DNA of 64,000 bases from Lama guanicoe (GCA_013239625.1 MU053934.1:6714399-6778398), one strand, 5' to 3'. Numbered from the stretch's first letter, positions 25,601 through 39,359 are shown. Notes: generated from the sequence alone by a model not told the origin. Program-made: numbers and translations.

Positions 25601-25699
25601 CTTAACGTAGGAGGCTGAAGGGAAAGAAAGGTCTTGGGTGGGTGCCGGGTGGGCTGAGATTCTGAACCGAACACAGTTTTATCTGCTGGCAGTCTGCTG

Positions 25700-26060
25700 A
25701 TAGCCACAAATGAGGGGAGATCCGCCCGCCCGGGAGGCCATCAGGGGCCTGCAGCCTGCCCCGGGCACAGCTGCTGCCCTGGCAGACCCCCAAAGAGCCC
25801 CCCGAAGAATCGCTGCGCTCCCGAGCTTTTTTCCCATTCCAAACATGCCAGAGCCCCGCGGACCCCGGAGGCTGCTACTTAGCGCCAGATTAATCACACC
25901 GAATTCTCCATCCAGATATTGCGTGCAGGCCGAACTCCCACCGCTAATCGCCGTAATATTCTCCTCGGCGTGTGCAGGCGGCCGGGGCGATGTTCCAGGA
26001 ATATTAATTCTCCACAGCCGGCTCCCTCCCACTGCACGCATGCGCCCCCTGCATGGCCTG
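25700..26060. promoter_or_regulatory. Candidate enhancer (small CpG-rich island with homeodomain motifs)
   Basis: Repeat-free and CpG-retaining. GATTAATC at 25888-25895, plus CTAATC, GTAATATT and ATATTAATT within ~120 bp. Confidence 0.45.
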
Positions 26061-26415
26061 CTGCTGTTTGGGGATCAGGGGGCCGGGCAGGGGGACAGGG
26101 GGCCAGCAGGAGGCAGAGCCCAGGCCAGAAAACCTCCCGGGGGGGTGCGGCCTGCCCTGTGGGCAGCCTTGGCCCCAAGGCCTAGCTGATATTTTAACCT
26201 GAGCCACTGCAGGGCTGGAGGAGGCTCGTGCTGGTGGTGAGGGTCACCCTGCTCACCCGGTCTCTTCTCCCAGTTTTGTCCCTGAGCCCCTTGTCTCAGG
26301 AATTGCAGGAGGCCCAAGGCCCCTGAGAAGCCACACTGCACCAGTTCTCTGATGTCCTCTCAACACAACAGAGCTTTGAGGAAATGGGCCGCTAGGGACC
26401 AGCTAATCCCAGGCA

Positions 26416-26442
<27 letters not shown>
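26416..26442 (+). repeat. Poly(A) tract
   Basis: About 27 consecutive A bases, with no recognisable SINE body upstream. Confidence 0.95.
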
Positions 26443-26446
<4 letters not shown>

Positions 26447-27189
26447 ACACACAAAAAGGAATGAAAATCTTTCATCTGCTCAAAATATAAAAACGTGGGC
26501 AGTGGAAGGGACTCAGGTGAAGGAAGGTTGGGCTCTGCTGTGGGCCTGTCCCAGGGTCTGGAGAGGGCAGGCCTCTGCTGCTGGCAACACCTGACCCTTG
26601 CCTAGCACAAGGCGGGGACTCCCCCCTCAACAGTGTGACCACTAATAAGAGGAGCCCAAGGATGGCCGGTGGGTCCCCGAGGAGAGGGCGCACACCTCTG
26701 TCCTGAGCCCACTGGCTCTGGCTGAAGCATTCCCTACTGGGTCTGGGGGTGAGACACCGGTCTGTCCTCAGGGAGGGCCCAGCAAGCCATCAGTTCAAAG
26801 AAGATGACAGCTTCCCCGTGCACAGGCCCCGGGAGCAAGCCTCCTGCCCACCCTGACCTAGAGGCCCCCAGAACAGCGCTGGGAAAAGTCACATCTTTAG
26901 AGGCTTCGTAAAGACCCCTCTTACCTTATCCTGGTTCAAACTCAGTACAACCATGGGAAGCAGCTTTAACATGCCAGTTCACAAATAAGGAAACTGAGGC
27001 ACGGGGAGGTGAAGTCAATGGCTCAGCCAAATCAGCCCCCAGGCTGTCAGGATTCAAAGCCAGTGCCCTCTCCTCTCCCACCGCACAGCCTTGCCCCACA
27101 CCCCCATCCTCCCCTCTCTGGGACTCCATCTCCTTTTCTCTGAAATGAACTTTAAGGTCCTTCCTGCTCCCACATCCTGTCCAACAGAC

Positions 27190-27370
27190 AAAAACACTTA
27201 TTGAGTGCCTACGGTGTGCCAGGCCAAGGATCCACAAATGCTTAAGTGTGCTCAGTGAGCTCACAGTCTGATGGCAGGAAAGATAAGTAAACCAGCCTGA
27301 GCCACAGAGGAAGGGGACTTCCCCCATGGCCTTGGGCTAGGGAAGGCTTCCCAGAGGAGGCAATGGCTGA
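27190..27370 (-). mobile_element. L2 3' fragment
   Basis: aaacacttattgagtgcctacggtgtgccaggc...gagctcacagtctgatgg...agggaaggcttcccagaggagg. Confidence 0.7.
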
Positions 27371-30300
27371 GGAAAAAGGGGTCTGGGGAGGGGATCCCTA
27401 CACTGAAGTCAGGACCAGAGGGGAAAGGTTGGGCGAGAGTGGTGTTTGTGTGTGGTGCAGTGAAGGCAGCCTCCTTGTGGGGAATCAGATGAGATCAGGA
27501 CAAGTGGGCTGACAGTGGGCTGGTGTGCTGGGCGGAGCAGGGCCCCAGGCCCAGTGTGGATGCAGGTGGGCTGAGCCAGTCCCCAGCTCTGCCAGTGGTC
27601 CAGCCCAGCCCAGGCCAGGCAAGGGCAGGGCCCTGGGCCATGGGGTGCTGAGGAGGGGACCTCTTGAACTCAGGTCTCCTGACTCCTGGTCCAGTGACCC
27701 GACTGGGAGGCAGGGCTGTAAGAACGCCCAAAAAAGTGGGTCCAGCCTAACAAAGTGAACAAAAGGGATGTGCCTGAGGGTTTGGGGCTCAACCCAATTC
27801 CTTTCTGGCACAGACAGATTAAGAGAATCAAGGCTTAAACCACAGAGGTGAGGGGTGTAGTTCAAGCCCCTGCCCATCCCAGCAGCGGCATCTGTCCGGC
27901 CTGAGGGACACCAGCTGCCCCGATGCCCCTGCGGACCTGAGGCATCTGACCCGGGCAGGTGCCCGGCACCTCTCACACTCTACTCCTCACGTAAGTCTCA
28001 CGAGCACTAGAGAACCAAGGGGCTTTCACCCATTTCTCAGATAAGGAAATGAGGCTTAGAGACAAAACAGACAGAAATGAACACTCACGGCCCTCCTACA
28101 TGCCAGGCTCGCCGCCCATAATCTCACAGGATGAGATTACAAGGCGGGAGCTCACCGAGGTCCCACAGGCAGCAGGAGACAGCATTTTATGACTCCCAGG
28201 TCCGGGCCTGGGTGTCCCTGCCCCCCCAGGCCCTGCTGCTCCCAATCAGAACATGCAGAGGCCAGGATGCAGTAAAAGAACACCTTCTCACCCTGCTCCT
28301 GCCCTTACAGTCCCCAAGCCACCAGTCCCGTGCCTTGGGCTAACTTTCGAGAAATCCAAGGCAGGGCTGGGACTCAGCTGGGACCTAGAAGATACTCTGA
28401 GACTTAGGGACAAGCCAAGGTCCAGCCCTGCCCTCAAGGAGGTAACATCCCAACAGGTTAACTATAACCAAGGTGGACTGTGGGACCCCAGGAGGGTGGG
28501 CAACGTCACCCTGGGAAAATCCCAAAAGGCTTTCTGGAGAAGGGGGCATTTGGCAGCAATCTAGAGATCAAGGTGGCCTGTGTGAGCTACAAAGCCGAAC
28601 ACACGCGAGACACAGGGCCCATGACTTCGAGGGAGACTGGGCCCAGGTTCAACTCTCAGCCCCTGCCTCCCCAGCAACCCTTTGCCAGGACCTCCCCATC
28701 TTCTGTACCCCTATCTTTTGCCTCCAGGGTACCTATGCCTGTGGTCAGTCCCAGTGAAGGAAGGCCCAGTCCCAGGAAAGCCCTACTGAATGACCAATCT
28801 GATCATGGTAGCACAGATACATGACTCGTGTGCCCCTGGGCTCCAGATCCCACACACCCCTCCCACTTGGCACTGCCCACCAGAAGTAGCAGGGCCTGAG
28901 TCTTGGGTGCTGGGCCCTTGTAGGCAGGGCAGATGGACCAGGGAGGCAGGCTCTGGGCTTTCTCCAGACTCAGCCCTGGAAGAGGGCAGGGCATGAAGCC
29001 TGGATGAACCAGGGGCCCAGTCTCCCAACCAGAGGTCTCCTGGTCCGGCCCAAGCCCCTGCAGGAGGCTAACAAGTATCCTTCCTGGGCACCTCCCCTCA
29101 AGAGAATCAAAAGTTTCAAGTGTTCCCGGCTCCTCCAATCAGAAGACCAAGGTCTGGGCCCAGCCTCCCCACTCCTGACTGAGACTCTGAGCAAACCACC
29201 TGAGCCTCAGTTTGTTCACCTGAAACATGAACTGGGCACATCTGCCTTGCAAGGTTATTGTGAAGATTTCAAACGATGAGTTGTCTCACAGTGACAAACA
29301 GAAGAGGTAAATGTCGGCTCCTTCCCTTGGGCTGGGCATTTAAAGACACCCAGGGAAATTAAAACAGGTCCTCTCCTGGACAAGGGAATTCACACTTACC
29401 TCCTTGATGGCTCACGAGAGCCTGGAGAGGGAGGGCCTACAGTTCTGATTCTACAGGTAAGAATCTTAGGGCGGCAGGTGAGGGGCTTACCCAAGGTTAC
29501 AGAGCTCCAAGGCTCAGGTGTTCCTTGCCTGACTCTCGAAGCGGGCACCTTCAGGCTTTGCAGAGTGGCAGGGGGGCCTGGGGCACCAAAACCAGCCCAT
29601 TGGCCAACCCCAGCCTGAGGGCCAGGCTTGGGAGGCAAGAGGCTTAGTTCAGAAAGACCCCAAACCCCAGTTCAGAAAGAAAAGAACTCCCCACCCCCTG
29701 CCTCCCCAAGCCTGCAGCCATCTTGTGCTCTGGCAGGGGCTTGTTTTGAAAGCCAGGAGCCTATCAGCCCTAGGACGGAAGCCAGGAAGGGGCTGGGAAT
29801 CGGGAACATCCCTGCAGGATGAGCCTCCTGGTGGGGAATCACCACCCGCCAGCATCCTGCCCGCCGAGCCTGCAGTGCGGTGCATTAACGGAGCACAAAC
29901 GCTGCACTCACTGCACCGGCAGGCACCTGCCAATCTCAGCCCACGGCCCCCGCCCCAGCCCCCTCTCCCGGAGGACAGATAATTCTCTCGCTCTCCCAGC
30001 CTGACAAAATAACTAATGCTAACTCAATAAAGTCCCCCTTGAAGGTTTTTAATTACCAGACTGTGCCAAAGACTAAAGACTCCGGGAGCGGGAGGGAGGC
30101 CAGGGAGGCTGATGGAGGTCGGAGAGGCAGAGGCAAGGAAGCAGCATCCGTTCCAACTCCGAGAGAGGGCAGGGCCAGGCCGCTGCTGTCCAGGGTGCTG
30201 GGCCCGGCGGTCACAAGGATTTAGGATTCATATTTGCAACAGCGGCCACTGATGGAGGCAAGGCTAGTTTCCTGGCAGGGGCTTGACGAAGATTATCTCG

Positions 30301-31269
30301 TTTAAGCCTCACAAGATAGCCGCTGATGTCTCCACTGTACAGATAAGGACAACAAGGCTCAGAGGTGGGCAGTGGCGTGCTGTGGTCACACAGCCAAGCC
30401 TGGATTGTCCAGGTATACTTGGCGACAGGCAGAGTGCCTGGCTGCCTGCAGCAAGAAATACAGACCAGGGCTATGGTTGAATGGTGGCTCTGAGGGCACA
30501 GGGATGAGCCTCAGGAAAGGTCTAGTGGAGGGCATTGGCTTCTGTGTAGTAAGATGGGCTGGGCCAGAGCACAGCCAGGAGCTGGCTGGCTGGAGGCTGC
30601 CCAAGGGATCCGTGCAGAACCTACAGGCAGGAGCAGAACACAAGCAGTCATGGGGCAAGGGGGCTCAGAGATCCCCCCAAGATGAACCCCCACTGCCAAG
30701 GAAAATGTTGGAGAGAGGGGAGGCACTGCAGGAGAGGACATGACCCAGCCAAGCTTTGTATTGCTGGCCTGAGCACTTCCTCTCTGACCGAGGGGTAAAG
30801 CTAATAAAGCCTGAAGGTACCTGCATGGCTGCCTCTGCCCCAGAACAACCCCAAACTCCTCCCTGCCCTCTGTGACCAGCCCTGCCCCCATCGCCCCACC
30901 CACTCCACTTCCCCAAGCCAAGGAGCCTTCCTTCCCCTCCTTCCTACTTGCCGAGCCCGTCCCGCCTCAGGACCTTTGCCCTGGCCATTCCCTCTCTCTG
31001 AGACACTCTTCCATTACATTTTTGCACAACTGGCTCTTCTCATTCAGGTCACAGCCCAAACGGCACCTCCTCAGATAAGCCTTCCTTGAACTTCCTGCCT
31101 CAACCTTCTCTGTCAAAGGTCCTGAGCAGCTGCCAGCAGAAATGCTGTGCAGCCTCCAGCCCCAACCCCACTTCCACCCCTCCTCGGGACAGCTTGCCGG
31201 TGCCCCCAGCAGAGTGACCGGCTCCCCACGTGGTAAAGGCCTCCCTCAGCACTCGGGGCCTGGGCATCA

Positions 31270-31430
31270 CTGAGCTGTGGACTCTGAAGCCTGCCTGGTG
31301 GGGTGCAAATCCTGCCTCAGCCATTTACTAACTGAATGAACTTCTCTGAATCTGTTTGCTCATCTGTAAAATGGAGGGTAAGTTCCTTATTTGTAGAGGA
31401 CTTAGAACAGTGCCTGGTGAGTGCTTGGTG
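31270..31430 (+). mobile_element. MIR SINE
   Basis: ggactctgaagcc...gcaaatcctgcctcagccatttactaactg...ctcatctgtaaaatggag...cttagaacagtgcctgg. Confidence 0.8.
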
Positions 31431-32194
31431 CTGCCTTCAATCACCATCACCATCACCATCAGCCTACCTCCCTGGCCAGGCCTCTGCTAACTTGATGCTG
31501 CATCCTTCCGCCCCAGCACAGGCCCTAGACATGTGGACATCAGTGAACGCTGGTTAAATGTCTGACCCTGCAAGACAGGCCACAGAGGTACAACTGACTC
31601 CTTTTTCTAGATGAGGAAATAGAGGAGGCTCACCACTGCTCTGTGGACCCACTGCCCGGCTGTGCTCTTTTCACCACTGTTTCTGCGAATCTGCTCTTCC
31701 CAGCTCTTCAGAGGCACCAACTTGGGGGGCGGTGCTGAGAGCCAGCACAGCTGTGCCTGCCTCCCAAGGGCTGCATGGGGCGGCTGGAGGCCTCAACACC
31801 CAGCCCTGCCTGGAGCCTCCTGGCTGGGATCACAGCCCTGCGGCGTTCGAGCTGCTGCCCACCAGCCGGCCCCCTGGCATCGGGCCCGGGATGCCAGCCA
31901 GCCAGGAGAGGAGTCAGCTTGGCTGGCAGCCAGCTCACAGTGCCCGAGCTGTCAGTTGGGAAGCAGGCCAGGCAGGGCCAAGACCCCCGCCCCTGAATGG
32001 GGCCCTGGCCAGGCTACCGGGACAGGGCCAAACTTCTCACCACCACAGTTACAAGGGGGCTCTGTGGCTGCCAGCCCCAAGCAGGACTCGGGGGCACTGA
32101 GTGGGGAACCAGGAGGACTCATCCCCATTTACTCAGCTCGGCTTTTCACTATTGTGGAAGCAGCACGTGGAGCAGAGGGAATTTTCAAGTCAAA

Positions 32195-32440
32195 TAATAA
32201 TAAAAACTGCAACAACTACAGCTGACATTTAGCAAGCGCTTACTCCATGCCAGGTGTTTTATGTGTGACTGCACTGACTCCTCTGAAGGGAGATGCTATT
32301 ATTATCCCCTCTCTACAGATGTGGCTGCTGAGCTCAGAGAGGTGCAGCAACTCACCCAGAACCACACAGCAAGCTGGCGGAGTACTCAGAATTTAAACCC
32401 AGGCTTCAGAACCTGTGCCCCAACCTTTCCACTCCACTGG
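32195..32440 (-). mobile_element. MIR SINE (near full length)
   Basis: gctgacatttagcaagcgcttactccatgccagg...tattattatcccc...acagatg...ctgagctcagagagg...atttaaacccagg. Confidence 0.85.
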
Positions 32441-34833
32441 CTCAGGCAGGCCTAGGTGCCCACACTGGACAGTCCATCTGGATGACCCTGGGAAGGAAGC
32501 CACTCATCTGTAAAATGGGCACCATCAGAGAGGACCACACTTTAGTTCAAGCCTGGGCAGAGGACATGTTCCCTAAATATGGCTAGGGGGCTAGTTACAT
32601 GCATTGAACTGCAGGAACAAGGAGTAGTGGGCCCCAAGATAAGGAGGCCTATCCCATCAGAGTCTCCCCCAGCCTGCCCCATCCCCCCACAGCCCCCTGG
32701 GCACCCTCCATGGGCAGGGCGGGGCTACAGGGGTTGGGCACTGGAGAGGGACAGTCCTAGAGCCAACCTTGAAAGCCTGCAAAGCGAGGGCCCTGAGCTC
32801 AGCCCCTTCATACCTTCCTCTCCCTACCGCCCAGAGAAAAGCTCAGGTTCTCTGTTCCCGCTAGCAGCTGCAACCACCAGGCAGGGCCCACCAGTCCTGG
32901 TTCAAGGTCTCAGAGAAAGGGCATAGAGGAGGCACTGGTGAGCATGTGCCAGGTTCAGGGCTGGGCATTGAGGGTGCAAAGGCAACCTCTCAGCCCAGCT
33001 GCTCACATTTGTACAAAATGCTGGAGGCTTTTTTTTTTTTCAACCATCTCTCTTCTCATTCAGTTCAAAACAAGCCCATGGGAGAAGATATTGCCATTGT
33101 TCCCATTTCCCACATCCCCAGAGAGGGACAATGCCTTACCCAAGGTCACACAGCTGATCAGGGTGCAAACCGGGATCCTGAGGCCCTTGGCACACCTGTC
33201 ACCAGATGCCCTAACTCAGGGAGGGCCAGGACCTTGGGCTCAAAGCCACTGCTCAGCTCCCAGAGCAACTCCTCCTAGAGGCGGAGGGAAGCAGGGGAAG
33301 GGCCTAGGTGACAGGTTTAGATGAGCAGAGGTCTTCGGGAGAGAGGTTAGGTGAGGGTCAGCACACTGGCGTTTACCTTAAGACAGGCTGACTGTGGCTG
33401 GGGAAACCCAGTGGGCAACCAGAGGCAGGAACCAGCCCCAGCATCAAAGACTAGGGCTTTGAGCAGGGAAACCGGGCAGATGCCAGGAACACTCCTGGTG
33501 ACTCAATAGGAGGGCTGACGAGAAACGGCCAAAGCCCCAGTGGCATCACAGAAGTCCACCCTGTGCCCTGGTGCCAGACATCTGGGCAGCAGACGGCGCC
33601 CTGACCTGGGTGGGGATGGGGGTGGCAGAGGAGGGTCTGGGCTCCAGCTGTGCTGTGTAACCACGAGGGTCTTGACGCCTCTCTGAACCTGGGCTTCTCA
33701 TCTGTATGGTGATGGAGCAGGACAGATGACCCCCTCACTGCCCCTGGGAAAGGCTGGGCACACAGTAGGCCTACCAGCCTGCTGGCACAATTACAGTTTT
33801 GCCCTAATTGCTTAGTTTCTGCACTTGCCTTTCATGGGCACGCCTGCCAGGAGGACAAATTTAACCACAGAAAGTAGAGCAGGGACAGGCCAGAGCCTGG
33901 GGGCCGGCCGGTGGACATCCCTCCCCCACAGCACAGATTGCCCACCTCAGGCCAGTCTGGAACCAGCCAACCTAGCACCTTAGACTCCATCCCTGTTGCC
34001 AGCTGGCCCAGAGGAGTCCCGCACTGGTGTGTTCTCAGCCTCAGTGACTGTGGACCAGTGGCTGGGCAGTGAATTATGGGGGCAGGGGCAGGAAATCACA
34101 GACACTAAGATTTCCACACCCACCCCCTGCCCTCTATGGATGGGGAGGAAAATGTAGGCTCTGTGAGGCTACCAGACAAATCTGGATATGGACCTAGGAG
34201 CACAGGCTTTAGAAGGCTGGGGGGAAGGGGTGGTGGGCAGATGGCAAAGGCTCCCTAGGGCAACCAACTTGAGATCCTAGAGAACATTTACTGGGCAGGA
34301 GAGGGCAGGCAGGTGACAGAGGGGTCCTTCCCAGCCTCTCTCCCCTCAGTCCAGCCCCCTCCTTTCCTGATTGTCTCTCCCCCGAAACCCCTCTGCTCTC
34401 TGCACTGCCCACTCCTACATTCCTGCTCTTATTCTCCCCCAAGATCCCTCCCTCCCAGTCTACTCTCTCCCCTCCCCCCTTCTGCCAGTGAGCCTCCAAC
34501 GCCCAAGGCCCCAGTCTCCCCCCAGGACCAAAAGGCTGCAGCCCTGAACAGGGCAGCCTTGGCCTCAAGACCTCATGAATACAAGATGCTGGCAAGAGTG
34601 GGTCACTCAGGAACAGGTAGGACTGGGGAAGGGAGAGGAGAGGGGTCACTCCTCCACAGTGGACACAACCCCCATTGGTCAGCGACTCCTCTCTCTCTCT
34701 CTCTCCCCCCCCGCCCGACCTCCCCGCCACTTCCCGAGAGGCGGGTCCGAGGGCTCTGTGGAAAACCTCAACTTCCTGGGGTGACTTGGCCAGGCCTGTA
34801 TTGTCAGGCGTGGAAGGCAATTAGCAGGTACCT

Positions 34834-35040
34834 GGAGGAGAAGGGGGGAAGAGAGAACAGCAGAGGAGAGGAAGTGGAGGGGAAGGGGAGGAGGGAGAAG
34901 GTAGGAGGGGGAGGAGGAAGTAGGGGAGGAGGCAGGAGGGGAGGGGAGAGGAGAGGAGAGAAAGGGGTAGGAAGGAAAAGTGGAGGGGGAGGGGAGGATA
35001 GAATGGGGGGAGGGGAGAGGAGGAGGGGAGGGGGAGGGCG
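34834..35040 (+). repeat. Polypurine (GA-rich) low-complexity tract
   Basis: About 200 nt almost entirely G/A, with many GGG(G) runs. Confidence 0.9.
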
Positions 35041-37949
35041 TCTGAAATCCCCGCAACATCAAAGCCTTCCCAGCCGCAGAGCTCAGTCACGTGCGTGGCC
35101 TCGTTCCTCTTGTTCCTTTGCTTGGAGAAGCCGCTGGGCCCGGGGCTGCTGAAAGAATTTTAAAACGAGGCAGATTGCCTGGAATATTGGGGGGTGGGGG
35201 GTGCAGTCAGAAAGCTTTGTCTCAAGCCAGGTTTTGAAACCTTTCCCTCCAAGGAGAATGTCAGGGCAGAGGGGCCTCTGGTTGCCGGGCAGGTGGCCAA
35301 AAGTGAGGACCACCCAGCTACTCCGAGCCCGCTGGTGGGAGGCTCATGGCAGGGCCAGCTCAGTTATCAAGGGAAGCCGGAAATCTGGATTTTTATGTGA
35401 AAGCTTCCTCTTTTTAATATGAGAGAGAGAGAGAGAGGAAGGAAGAAAGAAAAAAAGAACACCACGTGTGCCAAATTGCACGCACTGACTTGGGCCTAGG
35501 ACCTGGATCTGCTGGGCTCCAACCAACTTGTATCACAGGTGAGGAACTGAGGCCCAGAGAGGAAGCGGCTTGCTCGAGGCGGCCATTCAGAAGCAAGGAC
35601 TAGAACTTGGAGACCTCAGGACCCGCAGGCTGGAGCCTCAGGTCAGCAGACAGGCCAGCCTGAGGGTCCCAGAGCCCAAAGGGTGGGCAGGACTGTGGCT
35701 GATGGGGAAAGGGTTAGGCAGGGGATGTTGTCAGGACCCCACCACGTCCAGCCTGGGGCGGAGGTGCCCAGCACTCTCACCCAGACCCGCCTCCCCACCC
35801 TCACTCAGCCGGCTCACCCTGCTCACTTCTCATGTTCCACCCTGACCCATCCAGCCAAGTCCTTCACTCGCTAGGGCCCCAGCCTCAGCTGCACTGTTAC
35901 TAATTCACTCTGCTGTTGACCCTGCTGCCCACTCCCACCAGGCCTGCCCGGGCACCACCCACAGATAAGGCCAGGGCCTGGGACACAGGCTGGACTACAG
36001 CTGGGATAGAGAAGCAGGGCTTCCAAGAAGGCAGCAGCTACCTCTGTAGAGTGGTTACTGGGAAGGGGTGGTCTCCCCAAACAAAAGTCCCAGGGCAGGG
36101 GACAGAGAATTCCAGGCAGAAGGCACAGCACCTGCGTTCATGGGAGGGTGGCGGAGATGCAAATGGCCACTGGTGGCTGGAGGTAAGGCTGGGTGGGAGG
36201 AGGACATGGGAGCCTCGAAAAACCAGAAAAACAAGCTTGGGAGGTCTAGCTTAAGGACACCGGGGAGCTCCTGGAGGTGTCTGAGCAGGAGAGGTCTGCT
36301 CATATCTTTGCTGTGGGGTCCCAGGATGCAGAGCTGGCAGACAGAGGTGAGGCAGGCGGACAGGTGCAGCCCTCAGGTGGTGGGGGAGGCTGGCGTGAAC
36401 ACCACGGACCCTGATCCAGGGTGAGGGGGCTGTGATGGGCCCAGACTGGGTGGGCAGGTGACTTGGACTGAGCTGCCTGGTCCCTCCAAGTAGGACCAGA
36501 GGGCGGCACAGGGAGCAGCAGGTGCAAAGCCCAGAGGTGAGGAGAGGAGGGGCTCTTCTAACTAGCACAAGGGGCTCAGCAGGCCAAGGTGTGGGCAGGA
36601 GCCAGGCCAAAGGTGACAGAGCTTCCTGGCTTTATCCTACGGGCAGCGGGGACAGGGAGGGAGGGAACATGACAACTGATGTTTGCGGGGCGGGGGACAG
36701 GCTGCATGCCTTGGTTCTCCGATGGGATTGGAGGGAGGACTCTCTTTCCATCTGCAGAACCTGAGAAGATGGGCAGCAGTTCCTGTGGACAGACTTCAGT
36801 TCCAGTCAGGGAAGAACTTCCTAGTGCACACAGCCCTTTGGCTGGGCAGTCACAGGGGCTGGTGTGAGCAAGACTCAGACCTGAAGGCCCAAAAGCCAGA
36901 CTCAGATAGCTGGATGACCTCTGGCAAGTCCCTCAACCTGAGCCCCCTGGAGGAAGCGCCCTTGGAGAGGAGCTGTGAGGACTTGAGGGAACCCCTACAA
37001 AGGACCTAGCATGCTGCTGACCCCTCACCTCTCACCCTGGAACCAGCATCAGAAGGGCAGCTAAGGGGACAGGGGGGAAAGGGACCAGGCTTGGGAGAAT
37101 TGGTGGGTACTCCTCACTGAGCAGGAGACTGGATGCCACCAATAACAACACTACAAGGTGTTATGAGCTCCATTCTCCAAATGGGGAAACTGAGGCGGGG
37201 TTCCTACAGCAGAGTCAGGACTGGCACTGAGGCTGGCAGAGACCAGTCAGGGTCTCTGAAAGGGATAAGGACAGGGCAGACAGACCCCAGCAGAGGGGCT
37301 GCTCTGGGACAAAGCCTAAGATCTCTGGGCAGAGGGTCCAGAGAAGGGACAGCCTTCTCTCTCAACCCTGGACAGTCCACCAACAGCTGAGGGGGCTGAG
37401 GGTGTAGAGGGGAAAACCACCCATGCAGCCTGCCACCTTCGCTGGCATCTCCATTCATCCATCCTGCACCCAGCCTGGAGCAGGTGTAGGGAGGTGGGGC
37501 ATGGAGATCAACCTCAAAGAGCTCCCACCACACCTGCCAGCCGCCAACAACCCTCCTTTTACAGATTAAGAAACCAAAGCCAGGAGAGGATGCCTTGCCG
37601 AGGACACCGGCCAATGAGAGGCAGAGCCAGGCGCCAGCCCTCTGCTCCCTGGTCCTGCATTAGTGGGATTCCTGGATGTCTCACGTCGGGGGTGGGGGCG
37701 GGAAGAAGGAAAGGAAAAAGGAAGGAAAGAAACTGGCACTGCTGCTGGCCCTGCCCCAGACAGGCTCTCCCAGGACACTTCTACCATCCTTAACCCACAG
37801 AGCACAGAGCACCCTCCTGCCCCGCAGCTTTGCAAAGACTTCTTCACTGGGTGATCCTTTTGGGGGGAGGGGCCCACCTGGCTCAACCCCAGCCTCCAGC
37901 CCTGCTCACAGCACAGCGTTAGTAAACACTGGGGTGAATTATTCATGGA

Positions 37950-38330
37950 AACCACCATGTGCCAAGTCCTGTAACGATCTGTTTGATCCTCACTACCTCA
38001 TCCTATGAGGGGGTAAGTGGGGAGTGTGTTATTCATGCTACTGTACGGAGGAGGAAACTGAGGCTCAGAGAGCTCCAGCCTCTCCCCTCAGTCACAGAGA
38101 AACAGGGAACTCCAGCAAACACTCACAGGGCATCTGCCCCTTGGGGGGCAGAGATCCAACCACCCTGCGTATTTACTCATGTCACCTTTGCCACAAGCTC
38201 TTAGGCAGCTATTACTGTGCCCCCTTTTTCCAGAGAAGGACCTGGATGCACAGAGAATTTAGGTAACTTGCCCGATAATCACAGGAACTGGGATTCAGTC
38301 CCAGGCTGTCTGGACCCAGGCCACACCTCT
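37950..38330 (-). mobile_element. Two MIR fragments
   Basis: atgtgccaag...tttgatcctcac...gaggaaactgaggctcagagag, and ttaggtaacttgccc...ctgggattcagtcccaggctgtctg. Confidence 0.75.
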
Positions 38331-38504
38331 AAACACCTTCCCCTACAATCCCTTTAAACAGCCTCCTGGTGAGGGAGGAAGCGGGGCTTGGGCCCCATCT
38401 GTTCTCTATGCCCTGTGCTCTTTCCACGCACTGACTGAGGAGACCCTCGTGGACGCCAGAGGGTTGGCCACAGACGGGAAGTATGCACAGCTCAGAAGGG
38501 ACTC

Positions 38505-38660
38505 AGGTCAAAGAAAAGAGGAAAAGGAGGGGAAGGGGGGAGTAGGGGGAAGGAGAGAGGGAGAGGAAAGAGAAGGGAAGATGGGTGAGGAAGGAGGGGA
38601 AAAAGACAAAGTGGAAGTAGAAGGGGTGGGAGGGAAGGGAGAAGAAAGTGAGGAGGGGGC
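38505..38660 (+). repeat. Polypurine (GA-rich) low-complexity tract
   Basis: About 150 nt of G/A-rich sequence. Confidence 0.9.
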
Positions 38661-39359
38661 TCCTCTCCCCCAAGAGCCTGGCAGGCCACATTCCAGTCCA
38701 GCTGGGGCCAAAGCCCCAGCCTCCTCTGTGCCAGGGGATATCTGCCCGGTCCCCCTCCTGCTAGAACATCAAAGCTGGTTCCCAGCCAGTCCCTAGGTAG
38801 CGTCCAATGAGGTCTGGCAGAGATGGGGCCATATTTCAGGCTGATACAAAGCAGGCTGCACCCACCCGCTCCTGCCCGAGATCCCCATCTGGGTTGTCTA
38901 CTTAATACCCCATTACAGGAGAAAATATACAGTCAGCTCCCGCCGGCCTCAGCTGCCCATTCCTCCCTCCCTGGGAAAAGATCAAAGCTGTGCTAGATTC
39001 CCGCCCAGAAATTCCGCAACCAGAACACAGACTGGGGGAGAGGCAGGTAGAGCCCAGTGCAGTGGTGACTCCAGAAAGTGTGGAGGCTGGGCAGGTGTGG
39101 GGGGGGGGATCAGGCTTCTAGGTGGGTGCTGGGGTGGCTGGCTCAGGAGCTTGGAGCTTGGTGGGGACTTACGGTGGGGGTCACATCTGCCTGGCACCGC
39201 CCCGCCGAGCCCTCCCAACTCACCGTCCCCTTGGCTCACAAAGCCTGTTGCCTTTACGTCCGTGATGCCCTCTGAGATCTTCCTTGGCCCCACTGCAAGC
39301 CCTTGGGGTGAGGGACAGCTACAGGTCAATCTGTATCTACTAGAATCCACACACAATGC

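Noticed and set aside
34209..35152. 279-aa and 203-aa ORFs
   Set aside because: They are translations of the polypurine/polypyrimidine tract with no recognisable domain.
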